From an uncultured Poribacteria bacterium (GTDB taxonomy: Bacteria; Poribacteria; WGA-4E; WGA-3G): a stretch of 64,000 nucleotides of DNA. A program made the position numbers and the translations under genes. Positions 21,483-30,000 of the stretch are shown here, piece after piece. Location of the stretch: the NCBI GenBank assembly GCA_951813565.1, contig OX638351.1:2912001-2976000 (forward strand), given 5' to 3'. How positions within the stretch are numbered: position 1 is the stretch's first letter; each line of letters opens with the position of its first letter. The notes beneath the pieces were generated by a model. It worked only from the letters and a program-made list of their open reading frames with translations. It was not told where the DNA came from and did no database searches.

Positions 21483-21708
21483 TAACGTGAATTTGATAAT
21501 TAGACCCAATGTAGATGTCCGTTGGGTAGAGCGAGCGAAACCCAACAATTCAACCGTCTTGGAAGTAATTTAAAGTTGGGTTTCACTCACTTTTCTGTTA
21601 TTTCGGCATCAAATGGAGAAAAAATCTCTCTTTTATGTCCGATTTTTTGTTTATTCCGTTCTACCCAACGGACAGTGGATATTGAATTTTATTATCAAAC
21701 TCACGTTA
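21483..21708. mobile_element. MITE-like element carrying a REP pair
   Basis: TIRs TAACGTGAATTTGATAAT / ATTATCAAACTCACGTTA; internal GTTGGGTAGAGCG..AAACCCAAC palindromes. Confidence 0.65.
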
Positions 21709-21733
21709 TAATAGCCATTTCAAGGAGATAAAA

Positions 21734-22702
21734 GTGAAACATATTCATACAGTGTTTGGGATAACGTTACTATTCAGTTTATTCCTGCTTGCTATAAACG
21801 CTTGGGGAGAACCATATATTTCTTTCTATTCTAACCGCACAGGGAATAGGGACATCTACATCATTGATACGAATGGTGAGAATCTCCGCAACCTCACAAA
21901 TCACCCCGCAAGCGATTGTTGTGCAACGTGGGCGCCAGATGGCCGATCTTTCGCTTTTATGTCGAGACGGGATGGAAAAGGTAATATCTATATCATGAAA
22001 GTTGGTGAAACTGAAGCGCGTCGATTGACAAACCATCCGGAGCAAGATTCGGCTCCTGCTTGGTCACCTGATGGGAAATGGATTGCTTTTCAATCCAATA
22101 GAACAGGGAAAAGTCAAATCTACAAAATAGATATCAATGGTAAGAATCTACAGCGGTTGACAAACCAGGGAAATAATTACACCCCGGCATGGTCTCCAGA
22201 CGGGAAATTAATTGCATTCTATTCTGATCAGAATGAATGGGGTGATGTCTATGTGATGGATTCAGACGGAAAAGGTGTCAGACGCATTAAAAACGAACAT
22301 GGTGGTGGGTCTCGGTCTCCTGCTTGGTCTCCTGATGGGAAACAAATTGCCTTTGATATTTCCAGACAAGGAAACGGTATCTTCATTATGGATGTAGATG
22401 GAGGAAATTCCCGCCGCATGTCACCGCCTTTGAATTGGAGCTACAATCCTGCGTGGTCTCCTGATGATAAGTGGATTGCCTACGAGGCAGAAATTGAAAA
22501 TCCTTGGGGAAACCCCAATGTGGATAAAAATATATATATTGTCTCTGTCAAGAGTGGCAAGCGGCTACAAATCACACACCATCCTGGGCAAAATGGTGAG
22601 CCTGCATGGGTCCCCGAAGGTTTTTTCTCCGTTTCCCCTACTGCAAACACTAAAACGACACTTTGGGGTAGATTAAAGCAAACTGAACCTGTGGCGCAGT
22701 AA
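21734..22702 (+). CDS. Exported TolB-like (PD40 repeat) protein
   Basis: Repeated PAWSPDGK motifs; signal peptide; tail SVSPTANTKTTLWGRLKQ. Confidence 0.9.
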   Translation: MKHIHTVFGITLLFSLFLLAINAWGEPYISFYSNRTGNRDIYIIDTNGENLRNLTNHPASDCCATWAPDGRSFAFMSRRDGKGNIYIMKVGETEARRLTNHPEQDSAPAWSPDGKWIAFQSNRTGKSQIYKIDINGKNLQRLTNQGNNYTPAWSPDGKLIAFYSDQNEWGDVYVMDSDGKGVRRIKNEHGGGSRSPAWSPDGKQIAFDISRQGNGIFIMDVDGGNSRRMSPPLNWSYNPAWSPDDKWIAYEAEIENPWGNPNVDKNIYIVSVKSGKRLQITHHPGQNGEPAWVPEGFFSVSPTANTKTTLWGRLKQTEPVAQ

Positions 22703-23019
22703 GATCGATCTTATATCAATTGATCCCACTTTGTAAGCGCGCTTACTGTCCTGATAAATAACCCACATGTGTCAATTAACGGTACTCCACCCCGGTAGAT
22801 GCGGTTTCCTAACCGCATCGGGCTTATGCAAGTGCTGTTAGCCTCAGTTTTCTGTTTTTACACCACTGTTTGAAGGATGCTAAAGATGGAAGGTTTTCGT
22901 GTCCGATACGGAGCGGTTAGGAACCACTCCTACCGGGCCTAGGGTTGAGCGTGTTGTGTTTTTTAAATTGATGCCTATGGTTTGCAAAAATGCAGCACAT
23001 ATACAAACGAAATTGTCGG

Positions 23020-24015
23020 CTACGTTTCCACGGTCTCTTCTGTTGCAAAGAGTGCTTCAACGAAATCAGCACCTGCGAAATCACGTAAGTCATCAAGTTT
23101 TTCACCAATTCCGATTAATTTGACAGGAGCACCGAGTTCGGCTTTTACCGCTAACACTATCCCGCCTTTAGCTGTGCCATCCAGTTTTGTAATTGCTACA
23201 CCTGTAATCGGTACAGCTTCGTTGAAAATTTTTGCTTGCATCAGTGCGTTTTGTCCCACTGTGCCGTCAATGACAAGTAACACCTCGTGAGGCGCGCCTG
23301 TATGTGCTTGCTCCATCACCCGTCCGATTTTTGATAGTTCATCCATCAACGGTTTTTTGGTATGGAGTCTGCCTGCTGTATCCACAATCAGCACATCGGT
23401 TTCTCTATTTTTTGCAGCGTGAACTGCATCAAAAATCACCGAAGCGGGTTCAGCTTTTTCCCCACCACGAATTATTTCTGCTCCCGCGCGTTCGCACCAA
23501 ATTGCCAATTGATCTTCTGCAGCAGCACGAAATGTATCGCCTGCGGCAACAAGAACACGGTTACCATCAGCCTTGAATCGACTTGCGAGTTTACCGATAG
23601 TTGTCGTTTTTCCTGCCCCGTTAACACCGAGGACTAAAATCGTATAAGGCGGTTCACCTTCAAACTCCAACGGAACGTCTTCACCGAGTAGATTAAGAAT
23701 TTCCTCTTTTATGACTGTTTCCAATTCGGAAGAATCACCCAACCCTCTTGCTTTCACAGTCTCTCTAACGTTGTCCATTAGCGTCAGCGTCGTGTCAACC
23801 CCCACGTCTGCTTGGATTAAAATTTCTTCGATCTCCTCCATTAGTTCTTCGTCAATTTTTCTACCAACACGAAGTAGCCCCGACAGCTGAGAGAGAAAAC
23901 GGTTTCGCGTTTTCGCCAAACCAGACTTGAGGCGATTAAACCAATTCTCTTTTTCCTCTGTAGCCTCCGGTTCAACGGGGTTTTTATCACCACCTTTAAA
24001 TAAGTTCCTGAGCAT
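23020..24015 (-). CDS. ftsY: Signal recognition particle receptor FtsY
   Basis: GVNGAGKTTTIGKLA, DTFRAAA, DTAGR, TKLDGTAKGG. Confidence 0.97.
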   Translation of the reverse strand: MLRNLFKGGDKNPVEPEATEEKENWFNRLKSGLAKTRNRFLSQLSGLLRVGRKIDEELMEEIEEILIQADVGVDTTLTLMDNVRETVKARGLGDSSELETVIKEEILNLLGEDVPLEFEGEPPYTILVLGVNGAGKTTTIGKLASRFKADGNRVLVAAGDTFRAAAEDQLAIWCERAGAEIIRGGEKAEPASVIFDAVHAAKNRETDVLIVDTAGRLHTKKPLMDELSKIGRVMEQAHTGAPHEVLLVIDGTVGQNALMQAKIFNEAVPITGVAITKLDGTAKGGIVLAVKAELGAPVKLIGIGEKLDDLRDFAGADFVEALFATEETVET

Positions 24016-24291
24016 CCATTTCTCCTTTATTCAAATGACCTATTTTTTACACATTATCTGGCTATGTTTGGTTTGAATGTATCCATATCATATAATACAG
24101 TAACAGATGTCTGAATGACAAATAAAAATAGATGTACCTGGTAATCGACTTACGGTTATGATATTGAAATGTAAAACAATTTGTAGCCTTTGACGTTGTA
24201 GTTCAAAACTCAGATACAGAATATAAATTATCTATTGCTATAATTGCCTTTTTGTAGTATATTAAAGGCATGTTAAATGAGGAGGCTTACA

Positions 24292-24879
24292 ATGAAAAGC
24301 AGAAGACTTGATAGTTCATTTCTGAGCGCGTTTTTCGGTATTGCTATTGTGCTAATTCCTTGCATGATCTTGACTTCCTGTGTGGAGGAACAGCAATTAG
24401 AGGAACTTGTTCAGGAAACGAATAAGGAAGAAATAGAGCAGGAGATTGTTGAACCTGAAGAACCGGTTGTCGCACTTCCGGGGCTCCCTGAAGATGTCGC
24501 AGGTTATGAACGTTGGCTTAAATTAAACGCCGAACCAATTCCGCCGGTAGCAGGCGGTGATCCACACAACGGCACAAAGAATGTATATGTTAACCAAGCA
24601 CGGGATACTATTGCACCTGATGGCGAGCAACAATTCCCATATCCTGATGGAAGCATAGTCGTAAAAGAAGCATTCCGACCAAATAAGGACTATGTGGGAC
24701 TCATCGCAATTATGCGCAAAAAAGCAGGAACTGATCCAGACCATAATGATTGGGAGTTCATTGAATATACCCGAAACGACCCTGATGCCGATTTTAACGT
24801 TATAGCCTCCGGCAGAATATGTTGGAGTTGTCATGCCAGAGTCGAAGACATAGACTATGTTTTTACGGAACTTGACTGA
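24292..24879 (+). CDS. Cytochrome P460-family lipoprotein
   Basis: Lipobox LTSC; NVYVN, YPDGSIVVKE, AIMRK, C-terminal CWSCH; GAGGAGG RBS. Confidence 0.75.
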   Translation: MKSRRLDSSFLSAFFGIAIVLIPCMILTSCVEEQQLEELVQETNKEEIEQEIVEPEEPVVALPGLPEDVAGYERWLKLNAEPIPPVAGGDPHNGTKNVYVNQARDTIAPDGEQQFPYPDGSIVVKEAFRPNKDYVGLIAIMRKKAGTDPDHNDWEFIEYTRNDPDADFNVIASGRICWSCHARVEDIDYVFTELD

Positions 24880-24884
24880 TATCA

Positions 24885-25465
24885 TAGTGAATTATAAAGA
24901 TAAATTGACATGTTGCCGCTACATACAGCGGGAATTCCATTTTGGTAGGCGAGGTTTCCTAACCTCGCTTGTTCAGAGTGTCTCGTTAATTCTAAAATCT
25001 ACTACAAATAAGGGTGTGCATAAATATTTGGCGCATCAACACAGACAGGGACAGACGCCATGTGCCGCTTGATTTATAGAAATGCGTTTGTAGTCGCGCA
25101 ATTCATTGCCAAATCAACGCAGCATGCGCCAAATCAACGGTCCGAATGCCTTATGGCATTCCCCGTGTGGCATGCTGCGCCTCTTTGAACTTGTGGGCGG
25201 AAACCCACGGCGTATGCGGACTACCTTTAAGCGCATATTTAACATCGGAATTATTTATGCACACCTCTCACTATAAATAAGGAGTCTTGAAAAAACACGA
25301 AGATTGCTAGAGTGTATCTCATAAATCCGATTTTTGGGTTTTACTCGTTATTTGCACTGAAGTTCACTTGTATTGTAGGGGCGGGTCCCTGTGCCCGCCC
25401 GTTGTTTCGATCCTGAGACATGGCGAGGCACAGAGACCTCGCCCTACAAGTAATTTATGAGATAG
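24885..25465. repeat. Nested MITE/REP cluster including a GTAG REPIN
   Basis: TIR pairs GGTGTGCATAAATA/TATTTATGCACACC and ATCTCATAAAT/ATTTATGAGAT; REPIN GTAGGGGCGGGTCCCTGTGCCCGCCC...GGCGAGGCACAGAGACCTCGCCCTAC (25375-25447). Confidence 0.75.
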
Positions 25466-25483
25466 GTTGTAATAAAAAGGAGA

Positions 25484-26707
25484 ATGCTTTTGAAGATATA
25501 TCACAATAGATTTGCAATACACTTACACTACAATACTGTGCTGCGAAAATGCTTTCGTGTGTTGTTCATTTTTGCCTTGATGGTTAATTTCTCTTTGGTT
25601 CTTTTTTTGGCAAATTCTGCTGAGGCGCGTCCTGAGTTTGCAGCTGAATTAGATAAGGACTGTAATTTCTGTCACATTGACCCAGCAGGTGGAGGACCCC
25701 GAAATCGCATCGGTGAGATTTTTGAAGAGAACTATTTTGAGTTCCCCGAAGATTTTGACATGGATGCTGTTACAGAAGAAGCAAAGGAGGTCGTCAAGCA
25801 ACTTACTACCTCACTTGATCTCCAGACAGCTTTTATTAAAACAACCCATGTAGATGAAGAGGAAGGCACGGTCGCTGGGTGTAACTCATGTCATACCTCA
25901 GTTGACAGGTTCCTCCTTATGCAAGCTGAGGTAACATTCAATGCCCAAGCATCAGAACGCGTTCGGTTAACCCTTTCTAACAACGTTGGTACTACACTCA
26001 ACGCTTTTGCAACAGTAGATGCTATTCCAAAACATCTCTACGTTAAAGTCGGACAATTTCGCCTACCGTTCGGTATCAAACAGAAAGATCATAATATCCT
26101 TGTCCGGGAAGGTTATGGGCTTGGTTCTAACAAGCGAGACGTTGGACTTGAACTCGGTGGGAGTTTAGGAAAAGTGTTCTACAACGGTGCATTTTTCAAC
26201 GCTGGTAATGCGACTGCGAAGGGAGCACTCGGCACTGTCGGAGGACAACTCGGTCCAATTCGTGCAGGTGTCTCATGCATTTTTGAGCAACCTGGCGAAG
26301 AATGGGAACGTTTGATCGGCGCATTCGTGACTGCCTCTTACGGCGGTTTGAGTTTAGAAGGCGAATTCAACTTTGAAAATAATGGAGAGGTCGCATCTTT
26401 TGCCACCGATGCTGTTGACTCCAAAGGATACTATTTCGGTGCAAAGTACCGTGTCCTACCACAGTTTACTGTTGCAGGACGCTACGGTTTGTTTGATCCG
26501 GATAGAACTGTTTTAGGCGATGCTGGCAAGCGGTTGACATTCATCGCGCAATATAATTTTATGGAAAATGGCGCAATTTCGTTGTTCTATTGGGCGAACC
26601 TGCCTAATGCTGACCGGCAACCTGATGAAAAAATAACAAGTAAGGGGACGTTAAGACAACTTGAAGGGACAAATCAGGTTATTTTAATGTCACGATTCTG
26701 GTTTTAG
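25484..26707 (+). CDS. Cytochrome c-porin fusion (Cyc2-like N-terminus, two CxxCH)
   Basis: AEA|RPEFAAELDKDCNFCH..; second motif CNSCH; porin-like LYVKVGQFRLPFG and RDVG; C-terminal aromatic FWF; start uncertain. Confidence 0.7.
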   Translation: MLLKIYHNRFAIHLHYNTVLRKCFRVLFIFALMVNFSLVLFLANSAEARPEFAAELDKDCNFCHIDPAGGGPRNRIGEIFEENYFEFPEDFDMDAVTEEAKEVVKQLTTSLDLQTAFIKTTHVDEEEGTVAGCNSCHTSVDRFLLMQAEVTFNAQASERVRLTLSNNVGTTLNAFATVDAIPKHLYVKVGQFRLPFGIKQKDHNILVREGYGLGSNKRDVGLELGGSLGKVFYNGAFFNAGNATAKGALGTVGGQLGPIRAGVSCIFEQPGEEWERLIGAFVTASYGGLSLEGEFNFENNGEVASFATDAVDSKGYYFGAKYRVLPQFTVAGRYGLFDPDRTVLGDAGKRLTFIAQYNFMENGAISLFYWANLPNADRQPDEKITSKGTLRQLEGTNQVILMSRFWF

Positions 26708-27003
26708 GTTGTTAGCAATTTCTATATGTTTAGAAGATGGTGTGTTTATTTTAACACATGACAAAACGTTTACGCTGGTTCTTCTTAAGATTCTGTTTAG
26801 AACCGTGGAACGTTAATATGGAACAGAATATATTTACTTTTGAAGACTATAATAAAGGCAACATGTGTTGTGAGGTAGCGTAAGGAACTGATACATGTTG
26901 CCTAAACACCTTGATTTAAGCGTCCTGCCGTGTTTGTGATAAAGGAGAATAAAGTTCAAAAAACTAAATAATTTTTGAATAGCGTTGATAACAACGCAAA
27001 TTT

Positions 27004-27018
27004 TGGCACGAAAATTGC
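27004..27018 (+). promoter_or_regulatory. Sigma54 (-24/-12) promoter
   Basis: TGGCAC-GAAAA-TTGC, ~70 bp upstream of the A2M gene. Confidence 0.7.
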
Positions 27019-27090
27019 TCAATTCCTAACAAACGATAAAATGACCTTCAGATTTGGACGAAATTAACAAACTTTAGGAGACATTTTACG

Positions 27091-30000
27091 ATGGAATCAA
27101 AAAAACTTTTAATTGGAATTGTCGCATTTCTTTCTTTACTCGTTTTAATTATCGGTTCGCTCTATATTAATAGTTTAATATCAGGAGCAAAAACGCGTGT
27201 CATCGTCAAATCTATTACGCCGAAAGGCGAAAAAGTTTCGCCATGGGCTGATTTTACGTTTACGTTTTCGGAACCATTAGTTGATAATTCACTGATTAAT
27301 ACTGAATTGCCGGATCGTGCAGTTCAATTCACTCCTACTGTTAAGGGAACGGCGCGTTGGATAGCGCGCGACACAGTCCGCTTCTATTTAGAGAGTCCCT
27401 TAGCCCCCTCCGCAAGTTACACCGTGGAACTCGCCTCTAAATTACGACAAAGCTCACTTGGCTTTGCCATTACCGGTGATCGAAAATTTACTTTCGCAAC
27501 AGAACCTTTCCACATACAAAGCAGACGCCTTGAATTTAAATATACTAAAACACACGCAAAGGCTGTTGGAAGCATAACCTTTAATTATCCTGTTAACATC
27601 GCTGATTTGCGCGCTAATCTATCTATCCGACTTCAAGAGAATATTGAGATTCCCTATACGCTTCAACCGCAAAATGGTGTTGCCAGAGAAATTAAATTAG
27701 AAACTGAAGAAATACCGCGCCTGCTTGGAAACCAAAACCTAAAAGTCCGAATTGAGAAAGGGTTCAAATGCACTGGTGGACAAATCGGGTTAAAAGAAGC
27801 AAGCATTAGATCAATGACCTTGACAGGACGTGGCACGCTCGGTGTTACCTATGCAAATGTACGAGAGAGTTCCGGAAGACCTCATATAAAACTCCGGTTT
27901 AGTTCTCCTATTCCTGTTGACACAGTGCAACCGTATATTCATATTAAACCTGAATTAAATACCCAAATTATCACTCGCTACGGTGAGCTTGAAATTCATG
28001 GTGATTTCAAGCGGCGAAGTAAATACGAAGTCACGGTACAGGAAGGCTTGACAGCACCCGACGGTTCTGTGTTAAGGAAACCATATTCTGTTCGACTTAC
28101 GATTCCAGATGTCCGCCCTCAGGTTCGTTTTGTTGGAAAAGGTTTTTTCCTAACCCGAAATCAGAATATGAACCTCGGCTTGGCAACGACTAATGTGCAT
28201 AACGTGAAAGTCCAAATTGAAAAGGTCTTCGGTAACAACCTTGTTTACGCATCTAAAGTAAGAAACTGGGGTTCTTGGACAGAAAATTTAGGTAAGCCAA
28301 TTCATTCCGGCACGCTTGCGATTACCTCAAAGTTGAATGAAGAGGTAACAACACCTATTGATTTAGGGCAATATCTTAACGATAAACACGTAGGCATCTT
28401 TAAAGTAAATGTTCAAGGCAATAATGATTATTGGCTTCGTGCAACACAATGGGTGATGTTGACGGACATCGGCACCGTTGCTAAAAGATCAGGGGATGAG
28501 TTATGGGTTTGGGTCAATTCTCTCTCCGACTTAAAACCTATTTCACAAGCAACAGTAAAACTGATTAGTGATAACAATCAAACACTACTGAGTGGAAAAA
28601 CAAATTGGCAAGGCTTCATCAAGTTTTCCGCTGTAGCACAAAAAACTGATGGTTTTACTCCGTTTATGTTGACAGTGGAGAAAGGGAACGACCTTTCGTT
28701 CATTCAGTTCAACCGACATCAACTTTCCACTGGTGACTTCAACGTCGGCGGTTCAGCCTATTTAGCGACAGGATATGAGGCTTTTCTCTATACGAGTCGC
28801 GGGGTTTACCGTCCTGGCGAAAAAGTCTCGCTCGCTGCAATTGTGCGTGGAAAGCGAAATACAACGCCGCCTTCGCTTCCAACAAACATACAGATATTAG
28901 CACCTGACGGTCGAGTTATCAATGACTTTAAACAAAATACGGATAGACGTGGTGGTTGTGAGGTGACAATCCCTTTACCCGCTTACGCACAGACAGGTAG
29001 CTATATCGCTAAAATGAATGTTGCTGGTAAAGAGATTGGACGTGTCCCGTTTCAGGTAGAAGAGTTTATGCCTGACCGAATGAAAGTCACCGTTGCAGCA
29101 GAAAAATCTGAATATGATTTAGGTGCTGAGGTCGTAATGGATGTGTCGGCAGTGAACCTCTTTGGACCACCTGCTGCTAATCGAAAAGTCAAGGCAGCTT
29201 ATGCGCTTGAGGCTGTGCCTTATGTCCCAACTGATAAGTGGCGTTCATTCCACTTTGCAAGTGCTATACCGTTTGAGAAACAGCGAATTACTTTGGAAGA
29301 AACCAAGACAGATGCTGAGGGTAAGGTACAATATAAAATCCTCTTACCGGAAACTGTCAAGGCGCCTTCTCAGTTAAATGCGGTTCTAACAGCAACAGTG
29401 AGCGAACCCGGCGGTAGAGCCGTTACGGCTGCACACCGCGTAGTTGTTCATCCGTATTCGCATTATATTGGTATCAAACGTTCAAGTAGCGGGCGTATCA
29501 AACGCAATCAAGATGTTTCCTTTAACTATATTGCTCTGGATAAGAACGGAAATGCGATAGCAGGCAGAGATTTAGGACTCACTGTTTATAAAGTTCACTG
29601 GAACACTATACTACGCCGGAACGCTCGAGGTCGTTATGAATACGTGTCAGATGACCAGCTCACTACCTTAGAATCGCATCAACTTATTTCAACAGCAGAG
29701 ATCGGGACATTCACTTTTACGCCTTCCGAATACGGGCAATATCGTATACACATAGAAGATATCGCTTCTGGTGCTAAAACAGAGCTTAAAGTAGAAACTA
29801 CTGGTTGGGGAAACGTTCCTTTGTCAATGGAAAATCCGAACCTGCTTGAGATGACATTAGATAAACCCGCATACCAACCTGGGGAAACTGCGAAACTTCA
29901 GATTAAAGCACCATTTCCCGGCAAATTAATATTGACAATGGAACGGGAAAAGATTTTAAGTTACCGAACTGTTAACTTAAGAGGGAATACCGCCAGTTTA

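Noticed and set aside
21367..21731. Short ORFs in repeat-rich intergenic DNA (also 16613-17065, 39396-39707, 42110-42449, 47516-47829, 50788-51057)
   Set aside because: They are translations of REP/MITE sequence with no protein-like features
24292..24879. P460 as evidence of ammonia oxidation
   Set aside because: The family is widespread outside nitrifiers and there is no amo/hao here
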